IMG/VR virus record: IMGVR_UViG_3300017971_000238
Direction: 5' to 3' (one strand)
Source of the DNA: an uncultured virus (IMG/VR IMGVR_UViG_3300017971_000238)
Taxonomy: Duplodnaviria; Heunggongvirae; Uroviricota; Caudoviricetes
Length of the DNA: 64,000 nucleotides
How positions within the stretch are numbered: the stretch's first letter is position 1; each line of letters opens with the position of its first letter. This document shows, piece by piece, positions 20,193-30,209 of the stretch. The notes below the pieces were generated by a model. The model had not been told where the DNA came from and ran no database searches. It saw nothing but the letters and a program-made list of their open reading frames with translations. Both the position numbers and the translations under genes were made by a program.

Positions 20193-22020
20193 CCATGTAA
20201 ACTAAATCCTTGTGCGCACACATTCTGCTCAGCATGCGCTTCACCACTGTTGGCATTTCCACGTTCTGCAATATCTCTATCTTTTTCTTGGGGCCGTCTT
20301 CCACGTAATCAAGAATGGCATTCCTGATCTTCACGTCGTTCCTGCTTGCTATTCCTATGTGCCCCGTTTCCACGAAATAATGTAGCGATGCCCTTGTCAT
20401 CAGGTAATGTCCCCCATCACGTACCTCACCCTCGTTAAATATCTGCTCGTTTGAAAATATGTAAATCTCCACCCTGTCCCTGCCACGCTCGTTATCTATC
20501 GCATCCTTCACCACGACCATGTTTTGTCTTACCCGTGCAAGTGCCTGTATCATCTCGTCCCGTATGAAGAACCTTTTCCATATATCCTCGTCCCACCCGC
20601 TAAGCTGCGCATATGTCTTTATCTGGTGAACTGGTGGGGAGGGGCGCATCATCAATATCACCGTGTCGCAGTCTTGGTAGTTGTTCTTGCTTCTCAGTGA
20701 ATAATACAACCCGTATTTATAATTACTTATCCCCTTCTTCTTGGCACGGGTCTCGAAATGTGGCATGAGCCTCTTGGAACCGACCACGAGTGTCTTTCCC
20801 GGTCTCCTTTTCACGATCTTCAATGCTATATCGACCAGTTTCTTCCCTGATGGTTGCAGCTCCTTGCTCTTCACTAGCGTGGATATGGGATACCCTCCAC
20901 TACTAATCTGGTACACGTTATTGTACTTGTAACCTATTTCCACGAAATTACAATGTTTCCCGAGCATCTTTGTCCATACCGTCTTGTTTGCGGTCCCGTC
21001 AAGCCCTATGGTAAGTAATGGCACGTTCCTAAGAATGTCCCCATAATAATAATTCAACGTGATGAAACGTTTCTTCCTCTCCGACCACGTGTCGTTCACG
21101 ATACCGATATGGTATTCCAAGTTCTCCCTGTTTGTCGTGGAGAATATATCGTTCAATATCTGGTATATCATCTGGGGCGGGTTGGTCATTCCCTGCTCAC
21201 GTATGCGTATGACGAGGAACTTGTCCCACATGTCCATGAAAGGCTCCCATTCGAGATCACGCCATTGCACTGCAATCTCCCATAACTTGTCGACATCTAT
21301 TCTCAGCTTCTGAAGCCCAAGAATGAACTGGTCGATCAGGTCGAAGAGCAGGTGGCAATGCATCGTGAACATCTCGTCCTTGTTGAAATTGGGAAGGAAA
21401 TTGTCGTTTATCTCCCGTTCCAGTCTCACGAGGTCGGAGCTGGTGAGAAAATTCCTGTTCATCAACGTGGCTATCGGGTTCTCCTCCATGATGATGAGAT
21501 CGAACTGGTCTATGAATCTCCTATCATCCTCCTCATCAAAGAGGTAATGCTTAAGATACGTCGCTATGTGCGCATGGACACCTGCCCAGCTCATCGGGTT
21601 GTTGGATTCTATTTTTCTTCTCACCTCGTAGTACGGGCACCCGTTATCCTTGTGTTCGCATATCCCGCACAAGGGTTTTATGGGCATCCCGTATGTTTCC
21701 GCGTTCTTCCTGTAATCCTCATTCAGGCACACGCGGGCACGTCCCTTGAAATGCTCGAATGCGCCCACGTAATCCTCCAACGGGTGGAATTCGAGGTTTT
21801 GGTGTATCACCTCGTGCGTTGGTGATAGATAGATGAACTTCAATCCCGTGCTCATGGCAGCTTGTATCACGTTCACCGTTTTCCCGCCACCGGGATACAC
21901 GTCGAACACCAGTGCCTCGTTCGGCAAGCCATTTTCCATATAATCCATGGACATGTCATGTATTTCCTTCCATTCCTTGGTCATGATGGCGCATTCCCCT
22001 TCAACACGTGGTCTATCCAC
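20170..22020 (-). CDS. Superfamily 2 helicase with putative Fe-S cluster (XPD/DinG-like arrangement)
   Basis: PGGGKT Walker A, YLSPT motif Ia, C...CGIC...CPYY, IIMEE motif II, QALARVR motif VI. Confidence 0.7.
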   Translation of the reverse strand: MDRPRVEGECAIMTKEWKEIHDMSMDYMENGLPNEALVFDVYPGGGKTVNVIQAAMSTGLKFIYLSPTHEVIHQNLEFHPLEDYVGAFEHFKGRARVCLNEDYRKNAETYGMPIKPLCGICEHKDNGCPYYEVRRKIESNNPMSWAGVHAHIATYLKHYLFDEEDDRRFIDQFDLIIMEENPIATLMNRNFLTSSDLVRLEREINDNFLPNFNKDEMFTMHCHLLFDLIDQFILGLQKLRIDVDKLWEIAVQWRDLEWEPFMDMWDKFLVIRIREQGMTNPPQMIYQILNDIFSTTNRENLEYHIGIVNDTWSERKKRFITLNYYYGDILRNVPLLTIGLDGTANKTVWTKMLGKHCNFVEIGYKYNNVYQISSGGYPISTLVKSKELQPSGKKLVDIALKIVKRRPGKTLVVGSKRLMPHFETRAKKKGISNYKYGLYYSLRSKNNYQDCDTVILMMRPSPPVHQIKTYAQLSGWDEDIWKRFFIRDEMIQALARVRQNMVVVKDAIDNERGRDRVEIYIFSNEQIFNEGEVRDGGHYLMTRASLHYFVETGHIGIASRNDVKIRNAILDYVEDGPKKKIEILQNVEMPTVVKRMLSRMCAHKDLVYMGGRYGRP

Positions 22021-22445
22021 TTTGAATCATCGGTATCCTTGAATGCTGGCCTGAGTATCAATGCCATCACGGAATATATTGCTAGGTCGAGGAGCGTGTC
22101 ATCAAGTCCCTCGTCATTCACGAGGTTTATTCCCTTCTCGCTCACGGACAGGAACCGCTTGAACTTGTCGTGCATCCTCAACATCACGCCAACCACGCCA
22201 TGCTCCTCGAAGCTATTACCGTAATCATGGTTCTTCTTCTTGAATGTGTTTATCATGACCCTTGTCATGGCCTCGAACACCGGGAGGTAATCCTTCTTTC
22301 CTTCCCAATCATCCCGTTCGTACCATCCACTTGGTGATTCGCAATTGGGACAGCATTCTGCCCATTCATTATCTACATACTCTATTTCCACCGGTTTTGA
22401 AAAATACCATCCGCACGCTTCACAATAATATCTATCCTTAGACAT
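21981..22445 (-). CDS. DUF1599/nucleotide-modification-associated domain 1 protein with N-terminal Zn ribbon
   Basis: KKNHDYGNSF...RMHDKFKR...DDTLLDLAIYS; CEAC...CPNC. Confidence 0.75.
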   Translation of the reverse strand: MSKDRYYCEACGWYFSKPVEIEYVDNEWAECCPNCESPSGWYERDDWEGKKDYLPVFEAMTRVMINTFKKKNHDYGNSFEEHGVVGVMLRMHDKFKRFLSVSEKGINLVNDEGLDDTLLDLAIYSVMALILRPAFKDTDDSKWIDHVLKGNAPS

Positions 22446-23274
22446 CGATTACCTCACCTTTTTCAACCATTTCCTCAAGTATCTTGTTTCGCACGTCTTC
22501 CCGCCAAAAGTTTATGAATTCCGTGGCGGTCTTATCTCCTATACCGGGGAATGCACATAATTGCGAATGTGTCATGGAGATTACCTTCTCCACGCTTCCA
22601 AATGCCAGTAACAGGTTCTTCGCGGTTTTCTCTCCAACCAACGCTGGTAGTGATACTGCATCCACCTGCCTGCACTTGGTGGATAGTTTTCGCTTTCTCC
22701 TTTGCGTCTTGTATGGCTTGTACGCCTGCTTGCGCTGTGCCTCGAAGTACCTCAACATTCCTTCCTCGTCCTCGCACCACTTGAACCCTATCCCGAACTG
22801 GTGGAATGCCTTCGGTTCTATGCTCGCTATCCAGTTCTCCTGATCGGGGTGATCCATTATCACGCTGCTCTCGTACCCGCACACTGCCACCGAGAAGTGG
22901 TTACCGTATGCAACTGCGCCAGTTTCCATCTGGTCATACAGGTACTTGTTTTTCAATGATTTCCAAAAATCTGCCTCGCTCCACTTGAACTCTATGGCCC
23001 ATTTACCAAGCTCGCTGCAAGCATCTGCCACCCTCCTCACGTGATCATTATCTTTCGGTATGTCGGCGATATGTGTCCCGCAAGTCGGGCATCTTTCGAG
23101 CAACCCGTGAAACCATGTACCACAACAGTAATACACCCGCAACAGCGCGCGCTTCACGAGATACCCCATGTCTTCAAGCGCTTTTATGAAAGCCGCAACC
23201 GCTGGATTCTCCTTGTCCTTCTCGCCACTATCGATGTACACCGTGTACATCTCGTGATTCGTGTAATCAGTCAA
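22438..23274 (-). CDS. ERCC4/XPF-family structure-specific nuclease with Zn-ribbon insert and HhH pair
   Basis: IDSGE, AD...AIEFK...DF catalytic motif, VGEKTA and PGIGDKTA helix-hairpin-helix. Confidence 0.75.
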   Translation of the reverse strand: MTDYTNHEMYTVYIDSGEKDKENPAVAAFIKALEDMGYLVKRALLRVYYCCGTWFHGLLERCPTCGTHIADIPKDNDHVRRVADACSELGKWAIEFKWSEADFWKSLKNKYLYDQMETGAVAYGNHFSVAVCGYESSVIMDHPDQENWIASIEPKAFHQFGIGFKWCEDEEGMLRYFEAQRKQAYKPYKTQRRKRKLSTKCRQVDAVSLPALVGEKTAKNLLLAFGSVEKVISMTHSQLCAFPGIGDKTATEFINFWREDVRNKILEEMVEKGEVIDV

Positions 23275-23452
23275 TCTCCATCACCTTTATTGGTGTTCCA
23301 ATTACCACTATTTTACCAGACCCCTTGCATGTTCTACATGCAATTCTACAGACGGCATCTCCATATTCATCACGTCTCGTTACTTCCCGTCCAGTGCCAT
23401 CACACTTTGGACATTCTATGAGCATTGCCACCTTATCCTTTTTTGCCATCAT
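23267..23452 (-). CDS. Small DnaJ-type Zn-finger protein
   Basis: CPKCDGTG...CRTCKGSG. Confidence 0.6.
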   Translation of the reverse strand: MMAKKDKVAMLIECPKCDGTGREVTRRDEYGDAVCRIACRTCKGSGKIVVIGTPIKVMEID

Positions 23453-23699
23453 TTATCAACTCCAGTATTCCCCTTGCGAATTCCCTGTCCTTCTCCTTGT
23501 CCTCCTCAGACAAATCCTTGTATAGAGTACTCGCTTGTTTTGTCCACCGCTCATCATTCCTTGCAGCTAAATCAAAATTCGCCGTGGCCATTTCGTTCAT
23601 CAACAGGAAATCATTATGCGACTGCACAATGTACCAATTACCCCAAACATCATGCATGTAATCTGCCAGTTTCTCTATAATCTCTTTCTCATTTTCCAT
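23433..23699 (-). CDS. Hypothetical protein
   Basis: HDVW...RW...YKDLSEEDKEKDR pattern resembling a small phage family. Confidence 0.5.
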   Translation of the reverse strand: MENEKEIIEKLADYMHDVWGNWYIVQSHNDFLLMNEMATANFDLAARNDERWTKQASTLYKDLSEEDKEKDREFARGILELINDGKKG

Positions 23700-24018
23700 C
23701 TGGTATCCTCTCCTTCGGTAACATCGTTACCTCCAATAAATCATCATGGAACTCCCCGGTCTCGATGTCCTTCTTTCTAACGAATGATATGGAAATGCCA
23801 ACCGGGTTCTTATCGTTTATTGCCAACTTCCTCGCGGTCCTGTCATGCACGTACACTTCCGCCATGACCTTCCCATCAACAAGTTCCGCGTGGTTCACCT
23901 TCCCTATAACATGGCCCGTGAACCTCCACGTGAGTGGCATGTTCACGAGCCTTGCAGGGTCCACATTACTATCTCCAACGTACACGTCAAACTTCATCGT
24001 TTCCTTGCCTCCTTTCAA
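23689..24018 (-). CDS. Hypothetical protein
   Basis: 109 aa, tiling. Confidence 0.45.
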   Translation of the reverse strand: MKGGKETMKFDVYVGDSNVDPARLVNMPLTWRFTGHVIGKVNHAELVDGKVMAEVYVHDRTARKLAINDKNPVGISISFVRKKDIETGEFHDDLLEVTMLPKERIPDGK

Positions 24019-25075
24019 GACATCGCGTGCAATCCTCCGGGCATATGCCCATCTTCTTGAGCTTGTACGGGTGGAACCTTGAATCCCTCTTGTACACGCA
24101 CTCTGGTTCCCTGTACTTGATGCAATGCTTGGCCTTGTTCTTGTTATCCATCAGGTTATAAATCAAGTTATTCACTGTCTTGGTATCGTCCAATATATCA
24201 ACAAACGGCACCTTCAACACGTCCTTGATGTACTTGATAATGAATATCCGATCATGGTTACCCGGATACTCCTTGGTGAGAAGGTATTTCATGGTATCGC
24301 AAAAATCAAGATCCCAGTCAAGTCCATACTCCATCAACACATCCTCCTTCTCACTCGGCACGAGCTTTCTCGAATATTTCCCGAGGTCTACTCTTTTTCT
24401 TGGGCAAGTAACGCTCACGTCTCCAAAATACCACGTTTCCTCGCCACTTTTAATTACTTCTTTCCTTTTTTCCGTTGCCAGTTCTTTCAATTGTGCCCAA
24501 GAAAAAGCAGATATTTCGTCTATGGACACGGGTATCACGAATGTCCCATGTTTGGTGTTCGTGGAACCCAACAATCTTCTTGTTGAGTCCAGTGTCATGG
24601 AGCCAGCATCAATTGGAGCTCCCGTTGTATTCATCATGTACATCACAGCATCATCCATCTTACTCGCGGGGCCTTCCGCGGAGATGAGACAGTGAAAGCC
24701 TCCGCCAGTGAAATGCCACCGTCGCTTGATGTTATCTTTTCCAAGGAGGTTATCAATGTCGATTGCTCCCTGTCGTATAGAATTTTCATTAGTTCGCACC
24801 AGCTTTCCTTTTTGATAGATTCCAAAATCGAGATCAAGGAAGATAACCCTAACGTCCGCGCTGTTGTAATTCGGAAGGGTTTCCCGCTCGTAATTAAAAG
24901 ATTTCCCGTCATGGAGCAGTTCCTTGTACCCGTTATTTGAAATGTAGGCATCAGTGCCACATTTTGCCCACCAAACTGCATTTTTATATGCTCGCCTCCA
25001 TCCCGTGAACCATCTTCTTGGTTTCGGTCTTGCTGGCACGTATGTTTCCCATATGAGGTCTTCCGCGCCTATCAT
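23987..25075 (-). CDS. priS: Archaeo-eukaryotic primase: PriS catalytic domain fused to PriL-CTD-like Cys-rich domain
   Basis: FLDLD and TGGGFH AEP motifs; C-terminal C...HDR...C...CPEDCTRC. Confidence 0.75.
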   Translation of the reverse strand: MIGAEDLIWETYVPARPKPRRWFTGWRRAYKNAVWWAKCGTDAYISNNGYKELLHDGKSFNYERETLPNYNSADVRVIFLDLDFGIYQKGKLVRTNENSIRQGAIDIDNLLGKDNIKRRWHFTGGGFHCLISAEGPASKMDDAVMYMMNTTGAPIDAGSMTLDSTRRLLGSTNTKHGTFVIPVSIDEISAFSWAQLKELATEKRKEVIKSGEETWYFGDVSVTCPRKRVDLGKYSRKLVPSEKEDVLMEYGLDWDLDFCDTMKYLLTKEYPGNHDRIFIIKYIKDVLKVPFVDILDDTKTVNNLIYNLMDNKNKAKHCIKYREPECVYKRDSRFHPYKLKKMGICPEDCTRCLERRQGNDEV

Positions 25076-25084
25076 ATAACATCA

Positions 25085-26167
25085 TCAATAATCCTCTTCC
25101 ATGTAATCCCTCATTTGAATATCCACGCAGTTTGCACCATGTGGACACATTTTACAATTCCAATCGCTTTCAGATCGTGGGAAAGGACCGCCAGCGACCC
25201 AAGCATCACGCATTTCCTTGATTTCGCCAAACACGTTTTCCATGGTTGTTTTATTGGGAGTGCGCGGGTCACAATAATACGGGCGATCTTCCCCAAGAAA
25301 TACCATGTTGATCATCAAGTCCTTGTAAGATTCCACATCTGGAAATACTTTCTCGTAGATTGGCATCTCCACTTCACCATTCAGGGTCATCACCGTTTCC
25401 GTGCCAGCACGAACATCCGCCTTGGAAACAAGCCATGCATAGAAATGTAATTCCATGAGCCTGTCTGTGGGTATTCCCTCGTTTCGTTTTACAGTTGCTT
25501 GTGCATTCCCCGTTTTCCAATCGATGAGTATGTACTTGTATTTCCCGTATTTCCCTCCTTTCTTTAACCAGTAAGAGGGGTTCTTGTACAGTGCGTCGAG
25601 GGTGCCATACCACATTCCTTCGTATTCGAGGTCTCCATCTTCTGTTATCTTGGCACCGTGCCATTCGAGAAATTCTTCCACGTTACATGGCATCCAGTAA
25701 TCATTATATATCTTGCGATACGTTCCGAAATGCTGGCTCAAATATAGCCAGTATTGGGTCTGGTATTCCGCGAAGTTGGACACGATCATTTGCATCTTTT
25801 TATTACCACGTAGTGATTGTGGCATTATCTGGTTACAGATGTCATAGAACGCGTAGTACAGTTGGGAATTCTTGAAGTTTATTTCGAGTGGCATCTTCAT
25901 GAAATGTTTTATGAGATCCTCGTCCTTCACCACCTTGAAGAATAGAGAGAAAATCAGGTGCCCGTTCGTTCCCCTATCCCTGAGCATTTCCATTATCCCG
26001 TCTATCGACTTCTGTTCCATCTCGTACACCACCTCGAGCTTGAAACCGTACTTGCATTTCCGCCAGCTGTACACCCTTGACTTGCTTACCCATGGCATGT
26101 CGTGGTACTTGTAATAGTCCACGACCGCGCCTTCTTTTAAATATTCATGCGGTCTTATTTGAAACAT
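25085..26167 (-). CDS. Cas4-like PD-(D/E)XK exonuclease
   Basis: SKS...CKY, GTLD, IDWKTG, ELHFY, C-terminal CKMCPHGANC. Confidence 0.8.
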   Translation of the reverse strand: MFQIRPHEYLKEGAVVDYYKYHDMPWVSKSRVYSWRKCKYGFKLEVVYEMEQKSIDGIMEMLRDRGTNGHLIFSLFFKVVKDEDLIKHFMKMPLEINFKNSQLYYAFYDICNQIMPQSLRGNKKMQMIVSNFAEYQTQYWLYLSQHFGTYRKIYNDYWMPCNVEEFLEWHGAKITEDGDLEYEGMWYGTLDALYKNPSYWLKKGGKYGKYKYILIDWKTGNAQATVKRNEGIPTDRLMELHFYAWLVSKADVRAGTETVMTLNGEVEMPIYEKVFPDVESYKDLMINMVFLGEDRPYYCDPRTPNKTTMENVFGEIKEMRDAWVAGGPFPRSESDWNCKMCPHGANCVDIQMRDYMEEDY

Positions 26168-26351
26168 CTTCCTTCTCCAGTATTTTCATTATTCTCTCCT
26201 TGTCTATCCTGCCCGGGGAGCGTCTTTTATTAGTAACGGGTTCGTTAAATATATCCATTAAATCGCAGGCCTCGTGCATGTGAATATGATGGCGATAGTT
26301 CTTATTATACCAGTCTATAACTTTTTCTATTAGTCTAATAGGTCCATCCAT
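26145..26351 (-). CDS. Small hypothetical protein
   Basis: 68 aa, coupled to neighbours. Confidence 0.45.
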   Translation of the reverse strand: MDGPIRLIEKVIDWYNKNYRHHIHMHEACDLMDIFNEPVTNKRRSPGRIDKERIMKILEKEDVSNKTA

Positions 26352-27025
26352 TAAAAATCACCAAACGGGTCTAATGTGTTGTTTAGTATATCTTCCATGC
26401 AGAAGACTGCTTTTATATCCTCTTTTATTTCCTCATCGAAGTCGAGACCTCCTAGGTCGAGCTCTGGCCAGTCTTCCTTTTCCTCGATAGGGGATGAATC
26501 GAACGATGCTATGCACAAGCAATCACCAGAGGCATTTATAGCCACGAATACAAACAGGGTTTTCTCCACCATCTTCGATTCTACTTCCGGTTCCTTGTCA
26601 TCATTCAGGTCCATGTCGGTCACGTCTTCCCCGCCAACCGATATAAATCCAATAATCTTCCATTCCTCAACCGCGACTATGGACCCGAGTATATCATGCA
26701 CTCCATCGAGATACGTTTCACAGTACAGGTGGTCGTTATATTTAAAATACACTGGCGGTTTCATCCTTCCTATGATGGACTTGTCATACACGAACCCGTT
26801 ATCATCATGTTTCAATATTTCTAGGCTAACTATGTTTGGATTGTCCTCGTTCCATTTCTTATATGCATCGTAACTACCATATCCATGGAACGCAGACTGG
26901 ACAAATTCTCCATCACATACCACGCTCACACCTGCTCCCTCTTTCTCGTGGAAATTCCGCGCGGACTTGTTTACTATTTCCATTTCACTCGTGCAGTTCA
27001 ATGCCATATTCATCAAAATATTCAA
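26351..27025 (-). CDS. Acidic hypothetical protein ending in DPFGDF
   Basis: 224-aa ORF; shared C-terminal motif. Confidence 0.55.
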   Translation of the reverse strand: MNILMNMALNCTSEMEIVNKSARNFHEKEGAGVSVVCDGEFVQSAFHGYGSYDAYKKWNEDNPNIVSLEILKHDDNGFVYDKSIIGRMKPPVYFKYNDHLYCETYLDGVHDILGSIVAVEEWKIIGFISVGGEDVTDMDLNDDKEPEVESKMVEKTLFVFVAINASGDCLCIASFDSSPIEEKEDWPELDLGGLDFDEEIKEDIKAVFCMEDILNNTLDPFGDF

Positions 27026-27620
27026 TCATTTTATGTATCATTTCTTTTCCAGCCTTCCCCAAGTTTTTACCCCTTCCATGACCAGAATTATCCATCAATC
27101 GTATCTTTCTTATGCCGGATTCTGCCAGTTTCTTCATACCATACGGGTTCTTGTAATACATTCCCTTGTATGCTACCATCCTGAACCTGCACTTGTTGAA
27201 TATCTTGGCACGTTCCAGTGATTGCTTGGTGCGTGCTATCATGTACGGGTCAAGATACTTTATATCCACACTAACACAATCCAAGAGTGGAGCAACTTTA
27301 AGTAGAAGGCTTTCTTTTCTCATATCCCCATAGTACCCGTTTGTATCGAGATTGACCCTCACCCTCTCTTCCCGTGCGTAGGAGAGCAGGGACACGAGTT
27401 GGTCCCCCTGATACCCGCTAGATACCGAGTATAATGGCTCGCCGCCGGTGAGGCTCAACCAGTCTATCACGTCCCATTCCACTTCTTGCGCCACGTCTTG
27501 CCAGTCCATCACCTCGCAATCCTTTCCCGTTATCAGGTCGGGATTCTGGCAAAACTGGCAGTTCATGTCACACCCGCAGAAAAATACCACGCTGGTGATG
27601 CAGTCCTTGAACTCCGCCAT
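26985..27620 (-). CDS. nrdG: Anaerobic RNR activating enzyme (glycyl-radical activase, radical SAM)
   Basis: VFFCGCDMNCQFCQNPDL, TGGEP, LDTNG, VDIK; NrdD present in the window. Confidence 0.8.
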   Translation of the reverse strand: MAEFKDCITSVVFFCGCDMNCQFCQNPDLITGKDCEVMDWQDVAQEVEWDVIDWLSLTGGEPLYSVSSGYQGDQLVSLLSYAREERVRVNLDTNGYYGDMRKESLLLKVAPLLDCVSVDIKYLDPYMIARTKQSLERAKIFNKCRFRMVAYKGMYYKNPYGMKKLAESGIRKIRLMDNSGHGRGKNLGKAGKEMIHKMIEYFDEYGIELHE

Positions 27621-27651
27621 GGCACAATTATCAATCTTCGCTATCCTCGTC

Positions 27652-27888
27652 TCATATCAACTCCGGTGTACCGACATGTTCCGATGTCCTGATAGGAATG
27701 CCCCTGTACTTTGGCATTTCCAGTATAGATGGAGTAATTCTCATGTACTTCATTTCTTCTGCCATCTCCTTTAATAATGCATCATGGAGAATAGGATGTA
27801 CTAATATTGCCACAGGTTTTTCCACGTGTGTTTCCATCCATTTTTCTATCAAGCAATCAATTTCATATATTCCCATTCTAATCATCAT
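27652..27888 (-). CDS. Hypothetical protein
   Basis: 78 aa, tiling. Confidence 0.45.
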   Translation of the reverse strand: MMIRMGIYEIDCLIEKWMETHVEKPVAILVHPILHDALLKEMAEEMKYMRITPSILEMPKYRGIPIRTSEHVGTPELI

Positions 27889-28513
27889 CCGGCCCGCTTA
27901 AGTGCCAGTCGTTTTCTTTCACACCCCATGGATCATAATCGTTGAGTTTTTTCTGCGCATCCCTGATTGCCCTTCTCGTGTCTGGATCGCTTAAATGCGT
28001 ATATTTCATCCTTTCCAATGCGATCTTTTCCAATTTCTCAAGTAATTGTTCCTTTGGAAGACCCGTGCAGTAGCAACACGTTATCACCACGAACTCGTTG
28101 TTCCATATTCGCACCGCTTCTTCCCTCGTGATGGCACGCGCCCTCCTGAAATCTTGTAGCCAGTGCAGGAAGTTCACCGGGCCATCACAGTACATGCATA
28201 TCCTGTGTATCGGTTCCTCCGGTTTCTCGTAGTGTTCCCACGGCCCGTATTTTATCTTGGACATGCCTTCCTTCATGACCTCGTACTGCTCCCTTGTCAG
28301 TCTCAACGCTAATTTCGGACCTTCAAACCGGTTAATCGCTTCTATTGCATCATCTAAATCTTGCGCCAGATGTGCAAAATCCGTGCTATCCACGTCTTTC
28401 CATTGAGGAGGGGGTCGTACCTGTAATAGAAACCGTTTCTCGCTTTTCGCTTGTTTTATCAACACATTGTATATCGATTTCCACCATTTTTCCCGCATTT
28501 CCATCCTAGACAT
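27878..28513 (-). CDS. Zn-binding hypothetical protein (CxxC...WxN...CCxC domain)
   Basis: CMYC...IWNNEFVVITCCYC. Confidence 0.55.
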   Translation of the reverse strand: MSRMEMREKWWKSIYNVLIKQAKSEKRFLLQVRPPPQWKDVDSTDFAHLAQDLDDAIEAINRFEGPKLALRLTREQYEVMKEGMSKIKYGPWEHYEKPEEPIHRICMYCDGPVNFLHWLQDFRRARAITREEAVRIWNNEFVVITCCYCTGLPKEQLLEKLEKIALERMKYTHLSDPDTRRAIRDAQKKLNDYDPWGVKENDWHLSGPDDD

Positions 28514-29030
28514 GGTATCCCATTCTCCTCAATTCTTCTTTCACTATCTCCATTACCTCGTATGGTGGTTTCATCCTGCCCATTTCCATCAACACTCGAA
28601 TAAGATTTTCACGTATCTCCTTCTTGGCAAGAATGTAATCTATCCCGTGTCTTTTTACCTCTGCCATGCACTTACAACAAAGTAACTCCACATTATCATT
28701 GTACCACATGCTGTACATCACCTCTTCCTCAATATCCCTATGTAATTTAGACCATTCGTACACGTGGTGCCTGAAGATGATCTCCTCGTCGCAACAAAAA
28801 CATCTCCTCTCGGTCGTCGGCTCCGGGTAATCCTGAGGATTACACTGGGAACCCACGTACAATGGACCCGACACGCTGGGAAAGAACGATAAAATTGGCA
28901 TGTCCTCACAGTCTATTTCAATGCCACCGGGATCTATCGACACCATATAATGTCCACCATCAAGACGGTTCCTGTTTGGGCAATTATCGCCCGTGCATCC
29001 AAACCCCCTCGGCCATGGCAAGAAAGGCAC
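28506..29030 (-). CDS. Zn-binding hypothetical protein (same CxxC...WxN...CCxC domain)
   Basis: CFCC...MWYNDNVELLCCKC. Confidence 0.55.
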   Translation of the reverse strand: MPFLPWPRGFGCTGDNCPNRNRLDGGHYMVSIDPGGIEIDCEDMPILSFFPSVSGPLYVGSQCNPQDYPEPTTERRCFCCDEEIIFRHHVYEWSKLHRDIEEEVMYSMWYNDNVELLCCKCMAEVKRHGIDYILAKKEIRENLIRVLMEMGRMKPPYEVMEIVKEELRRMGYHV

Positions 29031-29245
29031 TACTCTCCATCACCAAACAACTTTTCAAATTCATTCTCTTCTACACAATCATCGCAAATCGGCATCCAAT
29101 CGTATTTCGTATTACAGTTCTTGCAGAACCATCCAAGACGTATAATCTTGATAAGTTTCCATTTCGTTAGATTATCTAGGTCGATTTTCTTGCCACAATT
29201 CTTGCATTCCAATACCGCCATGTTAAAATACCTCCAAGTTATCAT
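29030..29245 (-). CDS. Small Zn-finger protein
   Basis: CKNC, CKNC, CDDC. Confidence 0.5.
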   Translation of the reverse strand: MITWRYFNMAVLECKNCGKKIDLDNLTKWKLIKIIRLGWFCKNCNTKYDWMPICDDCVEENEFEKLFGDGE

Positions 29246-30002
29246 ACACGCCGGGGAATAACTGCTTGAATCTCTCCAGCAACGGGTACATCAATTGTTG
29301 CATGTTCGGGTGGGCCTTGGGACTTGCCCGCATCTTGAACACGTGTCCCCATTGCCGCAGGTTAGCGGTCATCACTATCTCCGTCTTCACGTCAATTGGC
29401 AATACACCACGTGCCACTTGTGGAGGTGCGCCCCATTCTCGCATGCTCATGTACAACCTTTCCGCCTTTTCCATCGCAGTTATCCAGTCACCGACAGCCT
29501 TGAATGCGTGTCCAACATCCACATCTTTCCATACTGGAAGGGATCTCATGTCGGTCATGCCGACCTCTCTCTTGAGATACTCCCTTATAGTTTCGATTCC
29601 CCAATCCTCGAAATCGAACATTGGTAGCATCTCCTTGATTATCGTGGCACGCTGGTCTATCACCGTGATTTCCTTACCATGTTTCCCGCTACCATAATCA
29701 CAGTACCTCGTGCTTTCTTGGGAATAGCTGCATGGCCGGTGCCTCACCAGCTCGTGGGTGAACCCGCGGTTGCACACGAACTTCACCGTGACGTTCACGT
29801 GCTCTATCACTGAAAGGTGTCCACGTCCTACTATCATCTTCACGAACTTGCGGGCACTATCCTTCGTTATGTTACCTTCCGACTTGTAGCACGTCCTTCC
29901 AGCCTGTTCTATCTTCTCGTAAGCCGATTGCCCGTACTTCTCGTGGATACTCTCGTTGAGAATCGTGAAGCTTGGTTCCACGTACCTGACCATTTCATCC
30001 AC
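29223..30002 (-). CDS. thyX: FAD-dependent thymidylate synthase
   Basis: GHLSVIEH, THELVRHR...SQESTRY, ARGVLP, NLRQW. Confidence 0.93.
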   Translation of the reverse strand: MDEMVRYVEPSFTILNESIHEKYGQSAYEKIEQAGRTCYKSEGNITKDSARKFVKMIVGRGHLSVIEHVNVTVKFVCNRGFTHELVRHRPCSYSQESTRYCDYGSGKHGKEITVIDQRATIIKEMLPMFDFEDWGIETIREYLKREVGMTDMRSLPVWKDVDVGHAFKAVGDWITAMEKAERLYMSMREWGAPPQVARGVLPIDVKTEIVMTANLRQWGHVFKMRASPKAHPNMQQLMYPLLERFKQLFPGVYDNLEVF

Positions 30003-30209
30003 CTGCGATGATGGGAAGAATCACGACACTCTGGCCTTCCTTGATCACGTCATCCATCGAAACCTTGACACCATCAACCAATACAGCAAGTGCCAGTCCT
30101 TTCAGCTTCATATCTTCCAGCAATTTTTCGACCGTCTGCTCTTCTTCTACCTTGAATTCCTTGAAGGCTTCAACAGAAGCCACCTGTTCGATACTGTTTA
30201 TTTGTTCCA
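29995..30209 (-). CDS. MoaD/ThiS/SAMP-like ubiquitin-fold protein
   Basis: TVEKLL...VLVDG...IKEGQSVVILPIIAGG C-terminal di-Gly; likely start MEQINS. Confidence 0.8.

Noticed and set aside
27621..27656. Programmed frameshift or non-AUG start extending nrdG (IAKIDNCA)
   Set aside because: Plausible short N-terminal extension, but no slippery site; cannot be distinguished from a sequence error or a simple downstream ATG start
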